This document shows positions 53,742 to 64,000 of a DNA stretch of 64,000 nt, piece after piece; the first letter of the stretch is position 1; each line of letters opens with the position of its first letter. The translations under genes were made by a program, and so were the position numbers. The DNA comes from Chroococcidiopsis thermalis PCC 7203 (GTDB lineage: Bacteria; Cyanobacteriota; Cyanobacteriia; Cyanobacteriales; Chroococcidiopsidaceae), in contig NC_019695.1 of assembly GCF_000317125.1 (NCBI RefSeq), positions 358,336 to 422,335 on the forward strand. The letters run 5' to 3'. Under the pieces are notes generated by a model. That model was not told where the DNA came from. It did no database searches and saw only the letters and a list, made by a program, of their open reading frames with translations.

Positions 53742-56700
53742 CCATGCGCAAGGTTCAATTTTACAGTGTGCTAGGGACTCTAAAGCTTGAAGAGAAAGCG
53801 ATCGCAATCCATCTATATTCCGGTAAGTTCGAGCTGGCAGCTTTTGTCTGCACCTTCATCTTATGTATTCTCGGCTATTGGACGCAGCCAGCCCAAGCTG
53901 AAGGTAGTAAAGAACTCAACTCTAGTAGTGGCAAGAGAGCTTATACTGAGTGGGATACCGTACAAACAACAGCTGGGATTGCTCGGAAAAGCACGCTCAA
54001 AGTTTACGTGAATGCTGGAGAAAAGATTAATCTTGGCTCTAGTGTCTACAACAGTGCTGGAGGAGGGACTCAAGATATTGTCTACCGCAGTCCTAATGGA
54101 GGACAGGATGGTTCTTGTGATGTCCTCCAAACGGGCTTCGGCTTGATTGATACAACCACTAAAGAAGCTAACGGACCATTTCCTAGTGCAGGCGGATATA
54201 CTCCTTGCCAAATTACTGCAACTGAAACTGGAATCTACGAAGTAGAATTTCATGCTCCACTTTCAGATGGAACTGGTCAAAACCCGCTCATGATTGCTAC
54301 AACCACTGCCTTTGCCACAGATGCAACTCAAAGAGCAACAGTAGCAGCTTGGGACATTACTGTAACTAATAGTTCCGCTCAAGCTATTCCTGGTCGGGTA
54401 TTTGCGAATTACCTAGCTCTCAACATAGGTAATAATACGAATGACTCGATAGGAGCTTTGAGTTCTGCTGTATTTGTCAAAACCGCAGATGGTTATTTAT
54501 ACAGAATAGATTTCAACGGCTTAGATCCCTTTGGATTTATCATGCTATCCAATCCACAAGGGTTTACTTCAGGAGGAAATCGACTCTACAAATCCGTTCA
54601 ACTTGGGAGTGGTGATAGTTTACCGAGTGGAGGCGCGATCGATAGCTCCGTAGCAGGGACTAATAAAATATTTTTTAATCCTCCAAGCATGGACTTACCA
54701 GCTACGGCTTCGCTACCTAGCGGTGGTTCGACATGGCTCCAGTCTTTAGTCGCTCCTCCTCCTGCTGCACCGACTAACTTTGAGTTCGTCGGCAAAGAAG
54801 CAAACACTCCTGGTAAAGCAGGTACATTTCCTTTGGGTGGTTATTTCAAATTTAATGTGGCTCAAGCAGGACGTTACCGAATTTTTCTAGACTTCAACGG
54901 TAATGGTACTTTTGATAGCAACGATCGCATCTTATCTGGAATTTCCACAGTTGGGACTAATTCTGTGGAATGGGACGGTAAGGATGGATTGGGTGTGGCT
55001 CTCAGACCCGATGCGACTGGATATCGTGCTAGTATTGCGGTCACGGTTGATGTTGGTGAAGTCCACTTTCCCTTTATTGACGCTGAGAACAACCCCAGAG
55101 GCATCATCGTAACGCGACAGAATTGTACTCTCAGCGAGCCATTAGCCGGGTGTACGATTGTCTACTACAACGATACTGGATTAATTGGAGGAACTGTACC
55201 CAATCCTATTGCTGCTAAGGGTGGAATTGACAGCAGTACAGGCGCTCATGCTTTTAGTAGCTCTTTTGGCGATCACAAAGGAATCGATACCTGGACGAGC
55301 GTTCCATCTACCTCTGACTCTATAGAATCTGGTGGCATCGTTCTCCGAGAAGCTGACCTGCAAGTGACGAAAACACATAGTTTTTCCAATGTTGTTGGTA
55401 GCCAAATTACTTACACAGTCACCGTAACTAACAAAGGTCCCAGCGATACAAGCGATATTGTCGTTACTGACAATATTCCTGGCACTGTTACTAATGTCAC
55501 TTGGACTTGTGCAATTACTAATGATGTTGCTGGTAGTCTCGCTAATGCTTGTGGTGCAGCCAATGGTTCGGGGAACAACCTCAATACCACATTAACGCTT
55601 AATAAAGATGCAGTTGCCACTTTTACTATTACGGGTACTGTTCCTAGTTTTGCAGACTTGTCGAATTCAGTTACTGCTAAAACTCCACTAGATGTGACAG
55701 ATCCGAATACAACCGCTAACGATTCTCACACTAACACTGTTACCGATACCTTTATATTTGGTACTCCTCCTACTGTAACTAAAACTGACGTGCTTGCTAT
55801 TGATGGCGATCGTTCTGGTGGTACAACTCCTTTAGCAAACCAAGCTGTTACCCCAGGGGATACTTTAGAGTACAGGATTACTGTGACCAACCCTAGCACA
55901 AATACAGCAATTAGCAACGTCATACTGACCGATACCATTCCTACCAATACGACTTATGTTTCTGGTACTTTAAGAGTTGCTGCGGGAGCTAATACCGGAA
56001 ACAAAACTAATAGTCTAGATACCGATCAAGCAGAAATCATTAACAACAATACTAATGTTATCTTTCGTCTGGGAACAGGAGCAAACGGCACATTAGGGGG
56101 AAGTTTGACTGCTGGGCAAAGCACTACAGTCACATTTCGCGTTCGGGTTAACAATCCTTTTCCGAATGGTGTGTCTCAAGTGTCTAATCAAGCATTTGTT
56201 GCTAGCGACAAATTTCCGAGTCTTAAAAGTAACGATCCTGATACTTCTACAGCAGACGATCTGACTGTTACTCGTATAGCAGCACGGCTACGCTTAGTTA
56301 AACGAATTACAGCCATTAATACCACAAATTTTACTAATGTTGTCGATCCTACTACAACTAGCGATTTAAATGACAATAGTAATGTGAGATGGTTGTCTAA
56401 CTATTTACAAGGCAAAGTCTTTGATACTACGCAACCTGGAGACGAAATTGAATATACAATCTACTTTATTTCGGATGGAGCGAATTCAGCAAATAATACA
56501 GCTTTGTGCGATCGCATTCCTACGAACACCAGTTTTATTTCTAATACCTTTAATAGTGGTTACACTGCTAATAGTTTAGGTTTATCAGGAACAGATAGAG
56601 GTATTCTCTGGCAATACAGCGGCACGACTCAATCGTTAACAAATCTCAGTGATGGAGATGCCGCAACCTATTTTCCCCCAGGAGTTGAGCCGAGTAACGT

Positions 56701-56776
56701 TTATCCCAATATTAATTGTCAGGGCAGTAATACCAATGGGGCGATCGTGGTTAATTTAGGTAGTTTACCCAATCTT

Positions 56777-57979
56777 AGATCTTGCACCAGTACAGATACT
56801 CTAGTTGCGAAAGAGTAGGTTTCAATGAGAGAAAAGGGCGTGAAACCAATTGAATGCAAGAACGATGGAAACCCTTCTTGCCCACGCCCAAGGGCTAGTC
56901 TACACCCTACTTGATTTGATGCCGAGCCACTATCAACGAGATAGCCTACAAGCCTTGCTGGGATTATTTTTACAAGCTCAAGGACATCCTCTGCCCCAAC
57001 AATGCAAAACTAAATCAGCCAGTGCCTTAAGTCGGTTTCTCAACGTCTACCCCTGGTCAACTCGTCGGCTGATTCGTAGTACCCGCTCCTTTGTCCTGCA
57101 GCAAATTCTGTCACAGCCACGAATTGGACGTAGACCCATCTTACAAGTCATCATCGACTTAACCACCCTAGAAAAACGCGGCAAGTTCAAGCTGTTGGAT
57201 GGATTAGTGCGAGTCTTCCATAGCAAACGTGGGCTACACCTAGTCGTGATGTATCTAGTAGTGGGTCAATGGCGCGTGCCGTGGAATTTTCGAGTTTACC
57301 GAGGGAAAAATCATTCCTCACCAGCACAGTTGGGGCTACGACTTGTACAAAGCTTACCTTCATTGCTGAGTCAACACTTTCAGCTCATGATTTTAGTAGA
57401 TACAGCCTTTGGTAGTGCCGAATTTTTACATGGTATACGTAAATTAAAATATCACGCCATTGCCGGAGTACGCTGTGACCGCAAGCTACAAGATGGGCGC
57501 AATGTTAAGCAACTATGCAGGCGGGGACAACAAGTGCGACTGGTAAAATTAAAGTTTCCAGTTTCACTGTCTTGGTACTATCTCAAGCGTGACGACGGTA
57601 GGCTGGAAAAGCGCTTTGTCCTCTCTACCAAACCACTTAAAGCTAGTACTATCAATTACTGGGGCAAAAAGCGTTGGCAGATTGAGGGATGGTTCAAAAC
57701 TGCTAAACATCGGTTTGGATTAGACCAATTTGGTCAGGGCACATTGCTAGGTGTCTACCGTTGGCTGGTATTGTCACTTTTAGCTTATTTGTTAGCACAT
57801 TGGGCTTATTTGTCTACTGCATCTACCGACTCACCTGATTGGGGTAAGGCGGCTCAACTGGCACTTGAAGCATTACTGCCTCAACTAGTGGTGTTGCTCC
57901 TGCTGCTGGAGAGCAAACGCCTCACACCCCTAGCACGCTCCCTTGGTTTTGACATTCAAATCACTTGCTGCAAGATCTG
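56777..57979 (+). mobile_element. IS4-family insertion sequence, about 1.2 kb
   Basis: Terminal inverted repeats AGATCTTGCAcCAgtAc (56777-) and, as reverse complement, AGATCTTGCAgCAagTg (-57979). Contains one DDE transposase ORF. Disrupts the host ORF. Exact ends and TSD are ambiguous; a 4-bp ATCT duplication would restore the host frame. Confidence 0.7.
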
Positions 57980-57980
57980 A
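56850..57980 (+). CDS. IS4/IS701-like DDE transposase
   Basis: 376 aa containing LMILVDTAFGSAEFL and KRWQIEGWFKTAKHRFGLDQF, both typical of IS4-superfamily transposases. Confidence 0.75.
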   Translation: MNARTMETLLAHAQGLVYTLLDLMPSHYQRDSLQALLGLFLQAQGHPLPQQCKTKSASALSRFLNVYPWSTRRLIRSTRSFVLQQILSQPRIGRRPILQVIIDLTTLEKRGKFKLLDGLVRVFHSKRGLHLVVMYLVVGQWRVPWNFRVYRGKNHSSPAQLGLRLVQSLPSLLSQHFQLMILVDTAFGSAEFLHGIRKLKYHAIAGVRCDRKLQDGRNVKQLCRRGQQVRLVKLKFPVSLSWYYLKRDDGRLEKRFVLSTKPLKASTINYWGKKRWQIEGWFKTAKHRFGLDQFGQGTLLGVYRWLVLSLLAYLLAHWAYLSTASTDSPDWGKAAQLALEALLPQLVVLLLLLESKRLTPLARSLGFDIQITCCKI

Positions 57981-58477
57981 GCAATGCAACGGGTGCAGGT
58001 ACGCCAATTAATTCCTACGGCTTCATTCGTTTTCGGGCTAAGGTGCAATAAGAAAAATAGCAGCACGAAATTTAAAGTAGGCGATCGCTGTTATACGTAC
58101 ACGTAGTTGGAGCGGACATAGAGTTTTGAACTGGAGCAGTTTTACATTATGTCTATACATAATTTACTTGTGAAGAATATACCTGAATCAAAATTATTGT
58201 ACTGAAAGATATCTAATTCTAACTGGGCAAGCTAAATCATACGATCGGTTATGAGTTTTTACTAAAAGTTACAATACTTAGAAATTTTCAAATGTTCATA
58301 AACGAAAACCACTGTAAAACTGCTGATAGCTACCTTATCAATCGTATCTATCGATTGCTAGCTGCCAAAAAACGATTCAATGACCGCAGATTCAATAAAA
58401 CTACAATGATTAAAAAAATGAATTGCAGTCAATAAAGCTGGCGCGATCGCCACAATTTACTCAGGCTGGAAGAAGGA

Positions 58478-61400
58478 TTGGCAATTATTATGAATAAACC
58501 TGTAATGTTAAAAAAACTTGCTCCAATTACCTTAACCGTTGTTGGAGTACTTTTATGTTGTCCCCTAAAAGCAAATGCCACTCCCAACTTACAAATTAAA
58601 CCCATTTCCTGGGACATTATCGGTCTAGATAGTAATAAACCTGATATTGAAGGACCCAATGTTTTTAATATTGGAGCTAGAGTTTGTAATCTCGGTACAT
58701 CTGCCGCTAAAGATATACAAGCGAAGATTAACTTGGGTTCGGGAACGGGTAGTGCTTATATTTCACTTCTCGGTCTGAATACTTTAAATATTAACTATCT
58801 ACCTGCTGGCGGTGCTGGATCGACATTTCATAATATTGGTAATACTGGCGCAACTCCAGCTTACTGCACAGATTTTTATTTCAACATTCAAGTTCAGCGA
58901 CTTCTAGCTGCTCAAAACACGTATCGAGAATATTATATTGAGGCAACTGGTAAAGATTTAAGCGGTACTCAGCTAGCGACAATTACAACTCCTCAACCTC
59001 GCCGTTTATACGTTGAAAAATTAGTCGAGCAGAATCGTAATAAGGTACTCACTTTCACAGGCACAACCACCGTACAATCAGGAGATATTGTAGATTATAC
59101 GGTAACTGGTCAGACAGCAACTGGAGGTTATGAACAATTAGTTTTTGCTACTAACTTTCCCAACACTGTTTTTCAGGTTCTTAAAGTTAATACCAATTAT
59201 ACAACTCCCTCTGGTACAACTAATAATTCCATTTATGGTGATGCCTGTGGTTGGGATTCAGATCCTAATTCTAGTTATTACCGAACTTGCGATAATCTGA
59301 GTATTTCTGATGGTTATACAGGTGGAAAAGTTGGCGATGACTTTACTGCAAGATACAAAGTAAAAATTATTGCTACTCAGAATCAAACAATTGGTGTTTC
59401 TAGTTTAGTTTATGATAAATCTGGCTCTAGTTATCACTACAATACAACTTATAAAATTCCACCCGACTATGACATTAATATTAATGTTACTCCTGCTGTA
59501 ACAGCAGATTTAAGTTTAACTAAGACAGTCAATAAATTACTGCCTAATGTAGGGGAAAATGTCACCTTTACGATTAATGTAAAAAACGATGGTCCTGACA
59601 ACGCTACAAATGTCAAGGTTCAGGATATCTTACCTACTGGAATAACCTACGTTTCCTCGAATGCCTCTGTCACCTTTGGCGCTACGACTCCTACTTATCT
59701 CAGTGTCAGCGATTACAACGGAGGTGTTTACATTTCTAGTACGGGGATGTGGGATATAGGTACGCTTCCCAAAGGCGCTACTGCAACGCTTCAGATTGTG
59801 GCAACAGTAAATACCACTAATGCCATTACTAATATTGCTGAAGTCAACGCCAGCGACCAAACCGATCCTGACTCTACTCCGAACAACAATAACGTCAACG
59901 AAGACGATCGCGCTGCTGTAACTTTTAATCAAAGGGTATCCATTTCTGGTACGGTGTTTGAAGATGTTAACTATGGTGGTGGTGTAGGGCGCGACTATAC
60001 GACTGCTAACAATTCAGCCGCACTCTCCGGCTTCGCTACAGGTGTAATTCGCCGCCCAAACGTACGGGTAGAGTTATATAGCTCGGCAGGCAATTTCTTG
60101 ACTTCCACTCTCACTGATACTAACGGCGCTTACAGCTTCACCAATCAGCCAGGAAATACAAGTTACACGGTGCGCGTGGTTAACGGTACTGTAACTTCTG
60201 CCCGTCCCAGTTCGGGAGGTACGCTCATCCCGGTACAGACTTATCGTACCGATGCCACTACGGGAACTATAACTGCGGTTGCGGATCGGGTGGGGGGAGA
60301 AAACCCGACATTAGTTGATGCGGGCAATGGTAGTACCACGTTAGCCGCACTCACTACCGCTACAACCGCTGCTCAATCGATCGCCCAAATTAATGCTGGT
60401 GCTGGTAATATCACGGGTATAGACTTCGGCTTTAACTTTGACACCATAGTCAGTACGAGAGATTCCGGTCAGGGCAGCTTACGCCAGTTCATTATTAACA
60501 GTAATACTCTCAACAATACGAGTCTGGCTCAAGTTGGAGTGCTTTCCGGTAGGGAGGAGAGTATCTTCATGATTTCAGATGGTGCAGCTCATCCCGGTTT
60601 ACGGGCGGGGTTACCTAACCAATTTAGCGGTGGTGTCGCCACAATTACTTTAGCAACTGCTCTACCCGCGATCGCAAATGCAACTAGTACTAACGCTAAC
60701 CGTACTAGTATTGATGGTAGAACCCAAACTGCCTTAACTGGAGACACTAACGCACCAATATTTAACAACACGACTGGACCAGAAATTGTTCTCAACGTCG
60801 CCGCCGGTCCTGGGCTGGAAGTGCAAGCTAGCTTTACTTTTATTAAAAATATCGGTATTACTGGTGCTAACGGTGTAGGTACGGCAGGTGTGGGAGTCTA
60901 TTTCAATGGTGCGGGGGCAGCGAACTCGCGGCTAGAAGATGCTACTATTTTTAGCAATGATAACTCAGGCGTAAAGTTTCAAAGTGCCACTAGCGCTTAC
61001 GTTAATTCCAATATCATTCGTAATAATGGCGTGACCGATCCTCTTGCTGATGGGGTCGAACTGATTGGCTCTAGTAGCAATAACGTGACTGAGAATATCA
61101 TCATCAACAACCCAGGTTACGGGATCGATCTACATACGACTACCAACAACAGCAACAACCTGAGTAGTAACCAGATTATCAACAATGGCGCACCCGACGA
61201 CACTCAGGATGCTGGAATTGGTATCCGCTTAGGAAGCAACAACCTGATCGGTCAAAATACGATCGCTAACAATCTCGGTGATGGTATTGTCGTTGCTGCG
61301 GGAACGGGCAACACAATGACTGAAAACTCGATTTATAGCAACGGTGGACTTGGCATCGATTTGGGTGGTGGTAGCGAAGGTAATGGGGTGACGCTTAATG

Positions 61401-62410
61401 ACAGTGGCGATCTCGATACGGGTGCAAATGGTCTATTTAACTTTCCGATTTTAGAGAGCGCTCAGCTTTCAGGTGGTAACCTAGTCGTTAAAGGCTTTGC
61501 TCGCCCTGGCTCGAAAATAGAATTTTTTGTCAAACAACCCGACCCCTCAGGTTTTGGTGAAGGACAAGAATATCTCGTGACGTTGGTTGAAGATTCGGCA
61601 GACGATGCCGATGCGACAACTGGCACTTATACTAGTCCGTTCAATGGTCTCAACCAAGGTACTGACACCACAAACCGATTTGAATTTTCGATCCCGTTAG
61701 GCAGTCTGCCGAATACAGTCACAACCGCTGACACGCTCACTGCTACTGCTACCTGTCTCAACAGCGAAAACTGCACTAGCGCCCCAAATGGCAGTACTTC
61801 AGAATTCAGCGGTAATATTACCATTACTGGCAGCCCTCATCTATCACTCGTCAAGCGCATTACTGCCATCAATGGCGTTCCTTTTTCTGGGTTTGATGGT
61901 ACTGCTACTGACCCGAATAATAATGGCGATCTCGATGAAGATGTGAACTGGGGTTTACCGCTGGATGACTCCTTGAGAGGACAGATCGATGGCGGTTTTG
62001 TCCAACCGGGAGAAGAAGTCGAATACACGATTTACTATCTCTCTACTGGTGCGACTACAGCTCAAAATGTGTTGTTTTGCGATCGCGTTCCCGCAAATAT
62101 GAGTTTTCTTGCTACTGGGTTCGATAGCTATCCCGTGCAAGCATCTGGAGGTTTACAAGGAGTAGCACGGGGGATTCTCTGGCAATATAACGGGACGACT
62201 GAATCGTTAACAAATGTCAGCGATGGAGATACGGCAATGTATTTTCCCCCAGGAGTTGAGCCGAGTAGTGTTTATCCTAGTGTTAATTGTCAGGGTAGCA
62301 ATACCACTGGGGCGATCGTGGTTAATTTAGGCGATTTAATCAATGCGACTGCGCCTGGAATTCCTGCAAATGCCTATGGATTTGTGCGGTTTAAAGCTAA
62401 GCTCAACTAA
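58478..62410 (+). CDS. Giant secreted adhesin-like protein: DUF11 module, parallel beta-helix repeats, conserved C-terminal domain shared with the 53744 gene
   Basis: Signal peptide; T/N/G-rich sequence. DUF11-like core (LSLTKTVNKLLPNVGENVTFTINVKNDGPDNATNVKVQDILPTGITYV). PbH1-like repeats (NNGVTDPLADGVELIGSSSNNVTENIIINNPGYGIDL...). C-terminal ~190 aa closely similar to the C-terminus of the IS-disrupted paralog. Confidence 0.65.
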   Translation: MAIIMNKPVMLKKLAPITLTVVGVLLCCPLKANATPNLQIKPISWDIIGLDSNKPDIEGPNVFNIGARVCNLGTSAAKDIQAKINLGSGTGSAYISLLGLNTLNINYLPAGGAGSTFHNIGNTGATPAYCTDFYFNIQVQRLLAAQNTYREYYIEATGKDLSGTQLATITTPQPRRLYVEKLVEQNRNKVLTFTGTTTVQSGDIVDYTVTGQTATGGYEQLVFATNFPNTVFQVLKVNTNYTTPSGTTNNSIYGDACGWDSDPNSSYYRTCDNLSISDGYTGGKVGDDFTARYKVKIIATQNQTIGVSSLVYDKSGSSYHYNTTYKIPPDYDININVTPAVTADLSLTKTVNKLLPNVGENVTFTINVKNDGPDNATNVKVQDILPTGITYVSSNASVTFGATTPTYLSVSDYNGGVYISSTGMWDIGTLPKGATATLQIVATVNTTNAITNIAEVNASDQTDPDSTPNNNNVNEDDRAAVTFNQRVSISGTVFEDVNYGGGVGRDYTTANNSAALSGFATGVIRRPNVRVELYSSAGNFLTSTLTDTNGAYSFTNQPGNTSYTVRVVNGTVTSARPSSGGTLIPVQTYRTDATTGTITAVADRVGGENPTLVDAGNGSTTLAALTTATTAAQSIAQINAGAGNITGIDFGFNFDTIVSTRDSGQGSLRQFIINSNTLNNTSLAQVGVLSGREESIFMISDGAAHPGLRAGLPNQFSGGVATITLATALPAIANATSTNANRTSIDGRTQTALTGDTNAPIFNNTTGPEIVLNVAAGPGLEVQASFTFIKNIGITGANGVGTAGVGVYFNGAGAANSRLEDATIFSNDNSGVKFQSATSAYVNSNIIRNNGVTDPLADGVELIGSSSNNVTENIIINNPGYGIDLHTTTNNSNNLSSNQIINNGAPDDTQDAGIGIRLGSNNLIGQNTIANNLGDGIVVAAGTGNTMTENSIYSNGGLGIDLGGGSEGNGVTLNDSGDLDTGANGLFNFPILESAQLSGGNLVVKGFARPGSKIEFFVKQPDPSGFGEGQEYLVTLVEDSADDADATTGTYTSPFNGLNQGTDTTNRFEFSIPLGSLPNTVTTADTLTATATCLNSENCTSAPNGSTSEFSGNITITGSPHLSLVKRITAINGVPFSGFDGTATDPNNNGDLDEDVNWGLPLDDSLRGQIDGGFVQPGEEVEYTIYYLSTGATTAQNVLFCDRVPANMSFLATGFDSYPVQASGGLQGVARGILWQYNGTTESLTNVSDGDTAMYFPPGVEPSSVYPSVNCQGSNTTGAIVVNLGDLINATAPGIPANAYGFVRFKAKLN

Positions 62411-62506
62411 CCTAACCTTTACCTAGTGGTAGTTTTTCCCTTAATGGCTAATTGCCTGTTAAATCTGGGAAGACTAAATATAGACTCCATAAGCCGATCC
62501 CCAGAT

Positions 62507-64000
<1,494 letters not shown>

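Larger units (their letters stand above)
53744..58051 (+). pseudogene. Giant secreted DUF11/T-N-rich adhesin-like protein gene interrupted near its 3' end by an IS4-family insertion
   Basis: ORF 53744-56818 ends with ...NLGSLPNLRSCTSTDTLVAKE, read into the IS. After the IS, the sequence 57977-58051 encodes LSNATGAGTPINSYGFIRFRAKVQ*. This matches the C-terminus (LINATAPGIPANAYGFVRFKAKLN*) of the paralog at 58478-62410. Confidence 0.7.

Overview
This 64 kb window is chromosomal DNA from a cyanobacterium. The evidence is a very high density of the HIP1 palindrome GCGATCGC, plus many intergenic heptamer tandem repeats (STRR-like: CCAACTA/CCAATTA, TGATAAC, CCCTTGT, TTTGTCA, GGAATTC, GTGGCTA). Together these suggest a filamentous, Nostocales-like organism. 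All calls were made by eye from the supplied six-frame ORF track and the raw sequence; no searches or folding programs were run.

Housekeeping genes are present throughout: tandem-domain 6-pyruvoyl-tetrahydropterin synthase, creatininase-family hydrolase, ROK kinase, hisZ, J-domain/TPR protein, inositol monophosphatase, thermonuclease lipoprotein, plant-type ferredoxin, tRNA-Ser(GGA), folK, NUDIX hydrolase, class A PBP, gnd and mtnC.

The rest divides into four accessory regions:
1. 12.9-16.4 kb: a tight six-gene operon encoding two V4R-domain proteins, an alpha/beta-like pair of divergent phycobiliprotein-fold proteins, a Cys/Trp triple-repeat protein and an adrenodoxin-type [2Fe-2S] ferredoxin. 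I regard this as the best candidate for an undescribed chromophore (bilin or tetrapyrrole) binding or processing module.
2. 28.6-32.8 kb: an AT-rich island with a ParD/ParE toxin-antitoxin pair, a clear retron-type reverse transcriptase (Ec86-like motifs) with no obvious msr/msd or canonical effector, two tandem tRNA-like elements with defective anticodon arms, and an SPFH/band-7 protein carrying three extra N-terminal repeats.
3. 32.9-43.6 kb, minus strand: a glycosylation/export cluster made of GT2, GT4, an HlyD-like adaptor, a TPR membrane protein, a giant GT-C/PMT-like transferase, a flippase-like LPG-synthase-TM protein and a secreted protein.
4. 44.3-62.4 kb, plus strand: a locus of giant secreted T/N-rich DUF11-repeat proteins, including a 1388-aa Ig-like-plus-beta-barrel outer-membrane protein and two paralogous adhesin-like giants that share a conserved C-terminal domain. 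One of the giants is split by an IS4-family insertion.

The window ends with a partial Ser/Thr kinase-WD40 gene. A dispersed GATCCCCC...GGGGGATC palindromic element occurs three times. Coordinates of starts and repeat boundaries are approximate to within a few bases.
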